A stretch of DNA of 64,000 bases from Leptogorgia sarmentosa (GCA_964658305.1 OZ210885.1:20770001-20834000); one strand, 5' to 3'; counted from the first letter of the stretch, positions 39,529-52,650 are shown. Notes: generated by a model not told the origin, from the sequence alone. Numbers and translations are program-made.

Positions 39529-40044
39529 TTAAAAATTTTCAACGCTTTTTAAAGATTTTCACACTAATATTCTAACTCAATTATACCTTGATACTAATTG
39601 TATTTTGTATAGCTTCAAGGATACTGAATACGAGTTCCTTCAGACATACGAGTTGATAATGAAGCCTGTGGCAAAAGCGTTGGACATTCTTCAATGTGAA
39701 AAGAACACTAAATTTGGATTTTTAGTGCCAACTCTGGAAGAACTCAGGAAACGAAAACAAAAGTCCAAACTTACCGAAAATAGCAGTGTTTGCCTCCCAC
39801 TTGTAAATGTTATCCTCGATGCAATCACCAGAAGATTTTCTGATCCTGAAGCAATTGCTGCAGCAATTCTTATTCCTTCTATGAAAGACTTGTGGACAGA
39901 CAACAAGGTGCTTCTTGATTTAGGTTGGTAAAAGTTCTAAAACCTATTTGTAAAACACTGTATCTTTTGACATTTTTATAACTGTTTGTACATCCTAAAG
40001 TTAAATGTTTTCTAAAGTTAAATGTTAAGCTAAAGTTAAAAGTC

Positions 40045-40240
40045 AGGGAATAAGTAACAACAGGCTGTCGTTTAACCAATTCCACCGAAGCATCCTCTGT
40101 CATATCACGGCCTTGAGCCATTCGATGGTTGGGCCAGGTATCAGGCGAATAGCGGAGAAATTTTGGACCAACCCACCAAGGTTTGTTGGACACCAGTTCC
40201 TTTGCTTCGAGCCCACGTGATGGAAGGTCAGCCGGATTCT
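40045..40240 (-). mobile_element. BEL/Pao pol fragment
   Basis: FHHVGSKQ..WWVGPKFL..DTWP. Confidence 0.65.
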
Positions 40241-41615
40241 CAGTTTTCTCCTAACCATTCCCACGAAACGTGCGTGTATTTTGCGGGAAGAAGAAATGTA
40301 CATTTCACGAACAATCAAAACAAATCTTGTGTCGATTCTGAATGGCATACTTCTACCTACTGTTTACAGTCACAAGTTAATCTGCAATAATTAGAATTTT
40401 CTGTGAAATGTTTGTATCGTAACGAGGATGACAATATTTATGTCGTAAAGGTTTAAATATCAGCGACAGAGCACAAATCACCGGCGGAGCAAAATAACTT
40501 GTGATGAGGCGCGAGATTTCACTTCTACCGATAGGCTAAATACAAACCCAGGGCCTGTTTAAGGCCCTATTTTGACGCTTACAATTAAAGTGTCACAAGA
40601 AAATACATGAAATGGAGAGTATTTTGGCAATGTTTTATCGTGAGGCCACGGCCAGTTTTTGAAATATTTTCATTTCATTGCCGGTTATCATTACAATCAC
40701 ATGGAAGCCTGACTTGAATATACAAAAAATTTTGAATCTCATCAAATACAAAAATATTTCATTTCTAACCAAATTATGCTCACGAAATCTAAATTAAAAG
40801 CTATATTTTTAAACTAGACCTTTCTCGAAGCAGATTTGATGATGTAAACTAACTTTTGGGTCTTTGATTCTTGGCCAGAATTTGACCATAACATGTGTGA
40901 AGCAAGTGGATCTCAAACACTTAACTAAAGCATCATGAGGCCCTATTTTGCTGTTGATAGGTTTGGTACCACTAAACGCCAAAGAAGTGTTTGTTTTCAT
41001 TTAGCTATATTTGAAATTGAGGCCACGGGCGATTATTACAAAAATACAGTTCAAAGTCAAGCTATTTTCACAAATTTTTGAAATTCGTCAAATTTCGCGA
41101 GCTAGTACTTCGAGTATAAATCGCACAAGTTACACTAACAAACAAATGATGGGAAATTTGAGAAATAAAAAGAATAATTTCAACTTTCATTTCATTCTCA
41201 TAGCACGTTTTCCTCGTTGATTACGGTTTAAACAAGCCATATCTCGACATTTACGGTATTTGCCACTCATTTGCTCCTATTTTAACGTCACCATATTTAC
41301 TTCTTCCACACACTCGATTGCAAAAAAACCACCGCAAAACAAGGAATTCATGATCGATTTTAAAAGATTAAGCACTAAGTTAGACATCATTCGAATAAAA
41401 AGCAAAAATTCGTCAGCTAAAACAGTTGTTTGCTAACTTTCTGCCATGTTTTGGAATGTAAACACAACATTTTTTGGTCAGCGCCGACAAATTTCTTACC
41501 TGTTTTGGTGATGTGATTCAGTGGATGTCTGGATCAAGCACTTTGCCAGTGCTGGGATTTCCAAAAAAGTTTGGGTGCCAATTTATCCATGAACGTGCAA
41601 ATGCAGAGATACTTC

Positions 41616-42445
41616 TTAGATTTTCTCTCTTGAAATTGTAACTTTACATTCTTGACCCCCAGAATGTTCGGGCAAATGGTAGAGTACATCTGGTATCCCA
41701 GGGACTGTGCCATATCTAGAATACCTGATTCTGTGAGTATTCCAGTGAAGTTTGACCTTGTCTAGGTCTTCTTGGAGTACTCCATGGAAGCAAAACCAAA
41801 GGCATTCCATATGGAGTATATTGCCTAAATCTAGAACTCCAGAGTTGGCCATGTCTTTAAACATGTCAATCCACCAGGAGGTTCTTCCACGTCTGAAAGA
41901 AGACCACCAACATTCAATACTTTTGTTGCTTGGTGAAGAACCATACTTGTGGGCTTTCTCTCCAGCAAACTCATCATTTCCCCCTTGTCGTAAGAAACAT
42001 TGCATGGCAGCCATTGTACCATTCTCAGTACCACAGTCAGTCCTGAGAAGAACTGGACAACCAGATTGTTTCTCAATGCACTCATGGAAAAATTTTGCTG
42101 TGACTTCAGGCTTGTTGTTTGATCTGGCAACCTCCAACCAGAGAATTTTCCTACTGTACCCATCAATTGCACCATGGATGGGGAACCCAAAAGGTTTCAG
42201 CTTGTCATACCCTAAAATTCAATTATGTCATTATGTTTATGAAAAAATACAATACAGAATATGTTATACAATAACAGATATGTTATCATGCAAATGTACC
42301 ATATGTACCATCCACGTGCCAACAAAAATTAGGACCATACCACAGGTATCTCCTCCTAGCTAATCTTCAACTCCTTTGCCCGGATGCTTCAGGATTAAGT
42401 TCCCGGATAAGCGTAGCAACTTTTTGTCGGGGCACATGAATATGA
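41616..42445 (-). pseudogene. second IS3EU-like integrase-core transposase remnant, with an intron
   Basis: YGPNFCWHVD, ~97-nt GT-AG intron (~42211-42308), YDKLKPFGFPIHGAIDGYSRKILWL, RTDCGTEN, SNKSIECWW, WNTHRIR. Confidence 0.8.
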
Positions 42446-43277
42446 TGATTTAGTCGAAGGGAGTGCCACACTGCCGCTTTACCTTTTTGGTTTGTGTTTG
42501 ACCCTTCTGGGTACTTTTAAGTGACTGAATAACACAAAATTGTGAAAAATGATCACTTATATCGGATATGATATTGCCACTATGAATTTTCTGGTCGTAT
42601 GTATTTACCAGTATATTGTCGATAAGAGTAGCAGAATCATTATATATTCTAGTTGGTTTTTCAATTGATGGTAGCAGAGAATAACTTTGACAAGAAAGAA
42701 GAAAGTGTTCAGCATAGCTACAACTATCCACGATCAAAGAAGAGATTTGCCTGTTGAAGTAAATTTTTCAAGCATTTCATCAAAATATGCCATAAAATAA
42801 TTCGGATTATTGTCTTGGCGATAGATAACTCTGCAGATAATGTTTTTCTTATCATAATCTTCAATCTTCATAGGTTCAATCCATAAAGCTTGAAACGCAT
42901 CATTTGAGCATTTCTCCAGCACTATGTACTCCAATGTATTATCAATATACATACCGACACCTCCAGAAGCTACAACCTCGTACCCAGGGTCTTTATCCTC
43001 GCTCCTCCCCGCTACGGAAAGACCCTGGTATCGGCTGGTCACGTGTCTCCCAGAATCTGGGAGATAACAAAAAAAATACATTAGCATTGTTGATATGCAA
43101 GATAAATGCCTGACATTTTTTTGTGAAACGTTCATACACGGAGAAAGAATTTTGCATTTGTCTCTGCGACTCTGCATTCTTTGCTGTACAGGAAGTATGA
43201 TATAGCATTGCAAAGCATATCAAATTACATATCAAGACATGTGCTATTGCGCTTTTGTCTGTTCATTTACCGGCGGA

Positions 43278-46002
43278 ATGGCTTCGAAGGAAACCCCCAA
43301 AAAAGTGTATCGAGCTACAAATACGTCGATAGATTCGTCTGCTTGTCAACTTTGCAGAGCTGTTGGTGACACAAGTCACCGCAAGAATATATTCAAGCCT
43401 TCAAATCAAGTTCTTCTCAAAACTGCTGAGCAAATTTGCAGACATTCCATTGTTTACAATGTGAATTTGCCCCATCTCATTTGTCAACCATGTGAACGCA
43501 GCTTGAAAAATATCATGGATTTTCAAAAGTTAATTTTGGAAACCGAGCAACTATTTAAATCCTGAAAAGAAGCTACCACCAATTTGCTTGATTTATGGTA
43601 TTATCATGTTCACAAGATGCCATGAACTGAGCAGGGTACAAAGAATCAATACTGTCCTCTTGACTGAAGGAAAAGCATCAAGTAATGTAAGCAATAGAAT
43701 AATTCATGTATATATATATATTTTTTTTTTTGATCAACAATGTGAAAAAGGCCTGGAGTGAAAGGGTTGTATTAGTGAAAAGTATGATTTCATTCAAACC
43801 TCACTGTTTGCTAGCTGAATCTCTACTGTAAAATTTCACCTTCCTACCATATAATTTCCTGCCTGTCATTGAAATTTAACTAAGTTAACCTTAACATAAA
43901 ATTTGGAAGACAACATTTTATTCAGGTATATAATTGTGTAAGAGATATATTCAGTGCCTAATATTTATTTATTTATTTATTGATAGCTGTTTGAGCGACT
44001 TAACAAGTATGGGATCTGTCTCAGCATTTCCAAAAAGTATGTTTTCCTTGATGACATTGGAAATCACTTCTTGGATCATGCTGTGGAATTGGTGAAATCT
44101 GGAAGGAAGTTTGTGTTTGTTGTTGATAACATCGACTGGGAGGAGAGGGTACATGACATGCGGGAAGTTCACCAAAACAAGAGTGTACATGCAGTGGCAA
44201 CCAGCATGGTGTTCACCAGAGTTTCAAGTGACCATCTGCCAGATGATGGCCCCCAGAAAAATGTAAAAACCTGCAACTTTCGTGAACTTGTTACCATAAA
44301 GGATAGTGAATTGAAGGAAATTCAAAATAGGTACAGGATATTTGTAGCAAGAATCCTAATCAAGAAATTTCCACAGTTTGCATGTCTCAATTCATACTTA
44401 TCTCAAGAGCTGACTCTTCGCCATGAGAATTCTGCCACAGCATCTTGTAAATCAGACATTATTACCATGCCAGTACTGATGAAGAACGAGAAAAAATATA
44501 GTGATTGTGTCGATGTGCTGGATCAGTTGGAACAATGGACAGAACAGATATACAAGGCAAGTGGTATGTGTGAAGATCAGGCAGACCAACCCTCTGTTTC
44601 CACACCCTTGGTAGAGGTAGCAACACGGCCAGATCAACCTAGATCTCATATCCCACCTGAAGCATCAGATTCTGATCCACTTCAAGGAGTAAAAATTCCT
44701 TGTTTTGGTGATGAGTTAACAAGAGTGAGATTTGCTGGTGCATGTGACCTGCGATCTGGTTGTCACAATGCGAAACAGCGTCTTGACCACCTGTATCCAT
44801 ATCGCATTGTTGGATGGCACACCAAAAGGAGTTTTTTAAAGGTAGGTTAGCATGGCCATCATACATATGTGGGATCTCAAATTTGTGTATGACCTGTATC
44901 AATGATTTAATTGTAACATAGTATATCAGACTACATTGTCTTGAATTAAAAACATGTAATTTTTTTACAGTCAGTCTTCAAAAGGCTGTACAAAAATTCT
45001 GGAAGAGAAAGTGGTACGTTGCGATACTTCCGAAGAAATGTGACACTGGATGTCAAGCACTATGAAGATTGCGAACAGCTGTTCATGAGTGTTGGACATT
45101 GTTATCTGGTTGAAGCCCTGCTGGAGTTTTTTAAGATGGAAGATGTCAGCAATTCTCCAAAACAAAATAGTCCTTTTCTCTACAATGATGGGAATGTCGA
45201 AGAAAAGAAAGCTGAAATATTAGCAGTGCTAGACAAGTTTGTCTCACAATACATCTGCTCTACATCAGACGAAGACAGCATAGAACCTGCTGATGATGAT
45301 GACACAGATGGTGTCTTCAATTATGCCCTCAACCTACTTAAGTCTTTTTTCATCCTCTTAGACTGTAAGGATGCTGTGGCTTCTGGGAACGGGGAGCATT
45401 TAGCATTAATCCAGAAGCAGATGTTGTTGTACTTTGCATCTGTTTCTGGGTTTAATTCATATACTATCGAGATGCTCATCTCTACACTGCAAAATGAAGT
45501 CCTACTCTCACCCAGAGAGGCACATCAGTGCAAATGGGCAGCATTGGCCAACTGGAGAGGAGGAAAAGACAAAACCATTGAGATTAACTTGCTGCAAGAA
45601 AACAGAAATGCTGATCTCAAAGGACTTATCTGTTTGATGGGTGCCAACAAGACAGAGAAGGCAATTACAAGAATGAGCAAGGCAGTTGGTGGTATCCGTA
45701 AGGTTGTTGATGTTTTCGAATCTCAGGCAGCAATTAAACCCAAGTCATCAGCCCACTCTCATAGATCCTCGTCACAAGATGAGAATAAAATTTCTCATGA
45801 TCTGCATAAATTGAAGCCCTTTTCACCTACGATTGGACGATGCCACGATTCATTTGTGGGGATTGCATGTGATCCATTAGAAAGTTTGAATGAGGAAATG
45901 TTTTCTAAATGGCTCAGGCGACATCAAAATAATATTGCATTACATTTCCCAACAGTTGAAGATATGCATGAAGATGAACCTGTGGGTGGTGATGTATTGT
46001 AG
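43278..46002 (+). pseudogene. Academ transposase (DUF6589-like), spliced, disrupted near 43565
   Basis: N-terminal CQLC..CQPC finger; introns 43687-43986 and 44842-44970 in frame; LFERLNKYGICLS, VVDNID, FGDELTRVRF, VGWH, LLQENRN. Confidence 0.82.
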
Positions 46003-46619
46003 AAATTACAGTAACTTATTATGTTCCTTAGGGTCTTGTTACACTGTGCAATTTCCCTTGCATCTTGCAACACAATTCTGTTGTTAACAAATGTGTACTG
46101 GTGGTGGAGAATGTTCAATTTTTTATATAAGGAGTTGCAAGAAAATTTCTCTGCTAAATTGCAAGAAATATTGCATTTTGTTACATGGATTTTGGAATTT
46201 GATGATATTTAACTCAGCACTTGATTAACTCTCTAACGAGCACTAAATTTCCACAGTGTACATAGCTACCTTTTTGTTATTGACAATTTTTGTGGCTGTT
46301 CCATATTTTAATTGATAATAGACCATAAGCCTGATTATTTTTTCTATAGTAGTTATATGAATTTGTACAAAAAGTACAAATGTGCAAACGTAATAAATAT
46401 TGGTAACTAATATGTTTTTGATACATTATTGATTATTTGCTGAAATGAAATGAAAGGAGTATTGCTAATAAACGTTTGGTGTTTTAGATGCTGGTGCACA
46501 AACAATTTAACATTCAATCTGATTATCATAATTGATTAAGATTTACTACAAGCCCAGTTGACAAAGTCAGTTGTTTATATTTGTTAGGTGGCAAAAGTGC
46601 AAGATGGGTGCAAGTGCAA

Positions 46620-48221
46620 TTAAATGCATTTCGGGCATTCACATATTACCTTACAAACACCACAACAAATGTGCTTAGGATTAACTGCTTGTGGCTTGAT
46701 GTGTTTTTGGTCAGTGTCTAGTGCAGTAAGTAATACATTTCTAAGGCAATCAAACTCACTCAGGCAAAATGTCCTGATTCCTTCTTGCATTCCTGTTTTG
46801 TTTTTTGCAATGTCTCGATTGTTGTAGTGCAAAATTGCAGTTGCTGGTTGGCCATCCCTTCCAGCTCTGCCAGTTTCTTGAAAGTAAGCCTGGATGGTAT
46901 ATGGTGGGGTGATGTGAACAACACTCTGTATGCCTTTAATATCAACACCCATCCCCAGAGCCACTGTGGCAAATACAACTCGTATTGTACTTTCTGAAGA
47001 GCACAGCTGCTTTATAATCATATCTTTCATTTTCTGTGTTCGAGGTGAATGGAACTGAGCAAACAGCCTGTTCTCAGGTACTGGCACTGATCCTGTTGGG
47101 AAGTACTGACTGCTCCCCAGAACAGACTCGAATATCTTGTAGGCAAAGCCACACCACTTCAACGGAATATAAATAATTGTCAAGGGATAATTAATCTGCT
47201 CCTTCAATAAATTTTCAGCAATAGGAGAAAGAATTTTAATAAGGGAATCCGCATCTGGTTCACCTCTAAAGTGTTTCTCATACATATTTGCTCGGTCAGG
47301 ATTACCAATGACTTCTGCACATGTTTTCAAACCAAGTGAATTTTCAATCATTTCCCTGTCATTTTTACTTGCTGTGGCGGTCATGGCTACTACTGGAACA
47401 CTGGAAAATGCTGCACACAAAACTGCCAAGTTGCCATAGTCTACTCTGAAGTTTTTTCCCCTGAAATAACATAATGGGCATAGTTTAGTAGAACTTTTAA
47501 ATGCAGAAGTGGCAAAATACTTTTTCTCCTGGTTGGCTTCAACCAATAAAATTGCACTGTAACAAGATTTTCTGGCAAAATATTGACAGACAAGAGCTTG
47601 GAAAATACAAAAGTCAAAGAAAATATTATATCATCAAACTTACCACTCTAAAATACAATGGGCCTCGTCAACAACAATTCCACATACATTTCGCTGGTAA
47701 ACTTTATTACACGTCAATTTTCTCCCATAAGGACAAGACACAAGCGCTTCAGGGTGTGCGAATACAATGTTATAGTGTCCGATTTCAAGCTTGGCTTTGT
47801 CGCCTAGATGAAAGTCGCAGACAACCGACTCTGATTCAGGATCGCCGCTTTTCTCTTCTTCAACTTCTACTGGCGATCTCACGTCTAGAGCTGCTGCCCG
47901 AATTCCACTCGAATTTAACCGTGAGATCTGATTTGTAATCAACGTGTTTAACGGTGATACGACTAACATGATCGATGTTATCATTACTTCAGATAGTTTA
48001 GGAACACCATGCTTCTTCGCATACAACAAGGCAGGAAGCAAATAAAAAATCAACGATTTACCGTATCCAGTAGGTAGGACCGCTAAAATATCCAAATTTA
48101 GGAATACCTTTTCTAGGCAGATCACCTGTTTAGGTTTTAAAACAACTTCACAGAATAAACTGTTTAATATTGCAAATTCCAAGTACAAAAGAAATTGCCC
48201 ACACTTCGAATTTTTCAACAT
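46620..48221 (-). CDS. RecQ-like SF2 helicase of AcademH, two exons, 472 aa
   Basis: Exons 48221-47644 and 47460-46620 joined by a GT-AG intron. LPTGYGKS, DEAH, MTATA, ATVALGMGVD, QETGRAGRDG and a C-terminal Cys cluster. Frame is open. Confidence 0.92.
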
Positions 48222-48731
48222 GGTGGCTAATAGAAAGCCTGCGAGCAGGCTGAAATTTTTTATGCAGGCTCAGTGTAGTTCACCCACCCCCACAGGGGAG
48301 AAGTACTTTTACGGAATCACGTGACCAGCCGATACCAGGGTCTTTCCTTAGCGTGGAGGAGCGAGGATCAAGACCCTGGGTACGAGGTTGCAGAAGCTAG
48401 TGGTGTACGGACGTATTCAAATTCATAGCCTGGAATCTCGGTTTTAAAGTTAAGTTGGGTTGAATGTGTGATTTTTGTTTCGGTAATGCAAATAACATTA
48501 ATGATAATTAAGCTCATTTAACAATTGGACTTGTAAATTTTCTAGATTGCACCTCAAGCTTCTAATATTATTATGAAAAAAAGACACTAGAAGTTACGTT
48601 AGATTTCGTCCAAGAGTTCCTTAGCTGTTTAAGATAGAAATGTGATGAATGATAGAAAGTGCAAATTTGGTGGTTTGAAAAAAGTTGATCCGGATCTATA
48701 TCACTAAAATTAGTTTGGTTTAGATTATATA

Positions 48732-49510
48732 CAGTGGGGGTCAAGAGTCTGAGTCCAGTCAGTAAGATTTTGTCTTGAATTGAATTTTTCAATACATTTT
48801 CCTCAGCGCAACACAAGTGCACACTTTACGATTTGTGTCAAACTAACACCATCCTAGTATTTTGTATGACCTCCTTTTGCCTTTAAAACAGCTTTAACTC
48901 TTTTTGGCATGGAGTGAACAAGTTTCCTTAGAATTGCTGGCATAATGTTATTCCAACATTGATTTAGGACATCCCACAACTTGTCTTCAACTCGTGGAAT
49001 TATGTTTTACTTTCGCTTGCTTTAAGTCATCCCATAAATTTTCAATCGGATTTAGGTCTGGAGATTGAGGAGGGAAATTCATAACTTTCAAAACTCCTTT
49101 TTCCTCTTTTCTCTTCAAGTAGTTCTTGCAGAGATGAGACGTGTGTTTTGGATCATTATCTTGCAGCAACACAAAACCCTTGCCGCACAACTTTAATCCA
49201 GATGGTGTGGCATGTCTTTGTAAGATTGAATGATATTGTTTTTTTTCCATATTGTTCTTGATTTTATAGAGATCGCCAACACCTTTGTAACTGAAGCATC
49301 CCCAAATGAGCTCTCAGTCATGGTTTTGAAACTGCAACTCGTCCGTTCAAACCACATTAAACCAGTCTGCGTTTAACTGTAGATTTACTTATTGGATTCA
49401 CTCGTGATGCATTAAATATTGATTGGATTTCTCCAGCCGTAGCCGTTCTGTTACGTAAGGATGCTATCTTAAGGTATCGATCTTCTTTCTTGGTCGTAGC
49501 TCTTGGCCCC
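48732..49510 (-). mobile_element. Tc1 transposon remnant with one TIR
   Basis: TA|CAGTGGGGGTCAAGAGTCTGAGTCCA terminus; DRYLKIASLRNR HTH, WGCF, QDNDPKH, PPQSPDLNPIENLW. First catalytic D region deleted. Confidence 0.9.
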
Positions 49511-49790
49511 CCAGATCTTTGTTTGGGGGGCCAAGCCTTTCAACCTTTGACTCCTCTCATTGCATTCTTCACTTCTTCTCTTCTAGCCAGCTTGCACTCT
49601 CTTCTTCATCTCTCTATCACAGCCGCCGTCATTTTGCACTGTTGTCTGTATATCTCCTTCTCACCCTCTCGCATTTCCAGCTTGTCATACAGATCTTCAT
49701 ACACCCTAGCTTTTGCACACGCTACCTCCTCCTTTGTCCTGTTTCTCTTCCTGTGTTGGGTCCCACTCCTTCTTCACCTGTCGTTCAAAA
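49511..49790 (-). mobile_element. RTE-clade LINE fragment
   Basis: AKARVYEDLYDKLEMREGEKEIYR and EEVKNAMR in a purine-rich stretch. Confidence 0.55.
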
Positions 49791-50189
49791 GTAGACGGGT
49801 ATTCTATAACCCAGCCAGGATTTTAAAGTGTGAGCACTACAGCAGCACCTTCCTTGCTACTAATTATTGGTGTACTAACAAAATCCAAAATTTTTGTTTT
49901 GGAAACAAGTTTACCCAATTAGAGCAATGTTCCAATTTTAAAGAAGTTGCTCAATTTATTTTGAGGTCAGCCCATCAAATGACAGGTAAGCACATGCGAC
50001 TTTCCTCCATGTGATGTATATTTAGCAATTATTTACTGATGTCAAGGTGAATATTCATCAATAATCATTGAGAAAGAGGTCAATAATTGTTTCAGTATAA
50101 TTTCAGTATAATTTCGGTAGTAAAATAAGTTAAATAATGCATAAATTGAGTTAAATATTGTGCCATGCAACTCCGTCATGAACAAAATT

Positions 50190-50575
50190 CACTTCTAAAA
50201 TATATGACAAATTCCTTTACTGCAAACATGTTTCGGCTTATGTTAAGCCATCTTCAGTGCGAAGTGATTACATTATTTAGAAACAGGAGATGTTTTATAC
50301 TATGGTACTTACAAGACATATGATACATATATTAAATTACAATAATGACAATACAAATTACAATAATAAAGAGGAGGAAATATTTGCAAGTTAAAAATAG
50401 TGTTAAGCTGATGTATTTGTTTGTTGAGATCTGGTTTTAGTTTTTTAATATATAGCGCTTCTTTGAGTTTTAAAGCTCTTGTGGTGAGATGGCGAATAGT
50501 TTCACCAACAACACAGCAACATTAAGTTTACTTGGATAAAGAACAGGACAACAAATTACCATTCTTACACATACT
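50190..50575. mobile_element. Penelope-like element fragments in inverted arrangement
   Basis: Minus strand: LKLKEALYIKKLKPDLNKQ (GIY-YIG end) and 3' UTR. Plus strand: HSNIKFT..EQDNKLPFL (RT). Confidence 0.75.
50219..50265 (-). ncRNA. minimal type I hammerhead ribozyme, Penelope-associated
   Basis: gca-CTGAAGA-T-GGCTTAacaTAAGCC-GAAAC-AT-GTT-tgc: both core boxes, 6-bp stem II, palindromic minimal stem III. Confidence 0.7.
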
Positions 50576-50634
50576 CAGTGTATACTGATTATACAAAAAG
50601 CAAAGTATATTCATTACAACAAAGCAGTATTCCC

Positions 50635-52085
50635 ATGTGGGCGGCGCAGTCTGTAGCTGGAATATAGAAGGGTGTGGACATTCAAGTGAAGCATCTCGGT
50701 CAGTGAAGTGGACAGCTCAAATGACTACCAATGTAGCCGGTCAGGCTCAAGAATCAACATCTCATATCGAGTTATCGCTGACAGAAGCACGGGAAAATCC
50801 TGTGGCTAGATTGGAAGATGTTATTTAGACTAAAATAAAGCTTGATCTTGCCGTTGAAAATGCAGAAAATCTGTCACAAAAGGCCAAGAGGATGAAGGTC
50901 TGCAAAAAGTACAAGTTTAAACACGAAGTAAATCAGCAACAGTTCGATCATCAATCCGATGTGAAGGATGCCCTGCAAACAGCATTTGATGCTTTGGTAA
51001 ATTGTAAATGCGAGCAAGCGAAAGAGGCGTTGGAGGAAGGTATGTTGTTAGTCGAGAAGCATTGAAAACTTATTGTTCTAGCTGACAAATACGGCTGGGA
51101 TTTCATTAAGAGTATCAAAGGGATGAAATAGCATCAAATTCCGATGAAAAACATATTTAAAAATGTGTTAAGGAGGTTAATTTGTCTTGAGTGCAGAAGC
51201 AAAGTAAGTTTAATAGACCGGCCACATGCACCTTCGAATCTCCAAGTAGGTTGTATCCTCTAGTCAATCATATGAACAGTGCAAACCCTTGTTCTTTCAA
51301 CTCCCCGAAACAAGCAGTGGTGGTATCGTAATTTACAATTGTCCCAGTCAGTAATGCACATTTTGGAAGTTGGCTATGAAATTCTGTTTGTAGAAGAGCC
51401 ACCAAGTTGTTATTTGAGAATGCCAGTGCCTTAAATAATTCAAAGTTTGTTATTGAAGCTATAATCTGCATTAATTAGGGCAAATTGTGTAACAAAGTGC
51501 CTTATTGCTTGTAATCCCTTGACCGTTGTTGTCAGGAAAAAGAGAAGGCTTGTAATCGACTTGTCATGGTCTGTAAACCTGTATGTTAGCTATAATAAAT
51601 TTGTAAGGTCACACTGTCAGAAATGTCAGAAATGTTTGGTCAAGGTTATTGGTTTTTTACCATTTAGGCTCTGTTTTGGCCAAAAATTTGTCTGTGTCCC
51701 CCTCATTTTGCTTCTTTTGTTATAGTCCCCTTTTATTCTTCCCCCAATGGAGGAGATGTTTATTCCTGTACTGGGTACTATTAGTATTTATCGAGCAAAG
51801 AAATCAGTGTTCCGTGGTTGTCCGAAGTTTCGAGTCATTGCTCTCTGTGTGAGTTTTCAAGAGTAGGTACACACTTTCCTCATGTCCTCGCATGAATTAA
51901 TCTATGATATGTTTGTTTTTTTAATTTCTTGACTTCACCGTTATGGCGGAAGATCAAGGCAACTCAAATTCCTCGTTTGCAGTGTCTTGTGTCTAGAATG
52001 CCCGAGTGTTTGTTACAAAGCAGGCCTAGTTCCACTGTTGGCAAATACCAAGCACAGTGGAAATGTTGGAAATCCTGGGAATTCA
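50635..52085 (+). mobile_element. heavily decayed DIRS/Ngaro-type element
   Basis: FKHEVNQQQF..ALEEG..KLIVLADKYGW gag-like, NPLTVV..KRRLVIDL RT start, SRPSSTVGKYQAQWKCWKSW recombinase N-domain-like. Confidence 0.7.
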
Positions 52086-52552
52086 AGCAGTTTGGTTCGC
52101 ATACATTGAATGGCCGCTTTTTAAAACATTCAAAACGAATTTTGGCGATAAAGAACACATGAAAGTTCATTCTATTATGCTAAGGGATATTTTAGGGGGT
52201 ATTTACAGCGACAAAAACTCTGTAAGTCTCATCAGTATGAACCAAACAAAACATTCTCGGTGAAATATTTTGATGTCTAAAGCGTATTTTAACCATGTTT
52301 ATACGGTGAAACGACCGGGAAAATAAAGAATTTTAATAAGTCTACCTTTTGCATTCTAATGTTGAGTGGAAAAGCGTGAATAATGAAGCAAATGCGTATT
52401 GATTGAAGGGTTTTTTATCACTTCGTCTTGGCTGTTTAGCAGCCATACTTGTGATAGAGTAGCAAAGTAAACAAACACAACTGATCTCAAATGTAGTTCG
52501 CAACACTGGAATTTCTTATGAGTTTTATTATAGCTTCGAGCATAAAAAAAAT

Positions 52553-52650
52553 AAATAAGTTATTTACCATTTAGGTCGGTCCGTACTGGAAAATATTTTG
52601 TCTCGGTAATATTTTCCAGTATGGACCTCCCAGCTGGTAAATAACATATA
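52553..52650. repeat. palindromic non-autonomous repeat, Crypton-like
   Basis: gttatttacca..ggtccgtactggaaaatatt pairs with aatattttccagtatggacc..tggtaaataac. Confidence 0.55.

Larger units (their letters stand above)
36466..39960 (+). mobile_element. hAT (Ac/Tol2-like) element with spliced, decayed transposase
   Basis: CAGTGTTG terminus with GTTAC/GTAAT subterminal motifs. BED finger CKLCPP..SNLRKH, SFLGVTAHW, TTDNGSNF, RCAAHTLNL, TRWNS, KPVAKALDILQ. Intron 38120-39612. Confidence 0.9.
42973..48390. mobile_element. AcademH DNA transposon with both ends, 5418 bp
   Basis: 73-bp TIRs starting CAACCTCGTACCCAGGGTC (42973-43045, 48318-48390), perfect 9-bp TSD CAGAAGCTA, convergent transposase and RecQ genes. 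Confidence 0.93.
42470..48729 (-). mobile_element. CR1/L2-group LINE endonuclease fragment split by AcademH
   Basis: FHNNIRSL..ITETK..IPGYEFEYVRTPLA on the right joins SGGVGMYID..KPTRI..SATLIDNI..ISDHFSQF on the left across the TSD. Confidence 0.88.

Noticed and set aside
42734..43213. 159-aa ORF as a real gene
   Set aside because: Chimera of the AcademH TIR read into LINE endonuclease sequence.
46620..48221. host RecQ/BLM/WRN gene
   Set aside because: Lies inside TIRs with a 9-bp TSD, paired with an Academ transposase.
49490..50014. 174-aa hydrophobic ORF
   Set aside because: Antisense reading of a purine-rich RTE fragment.
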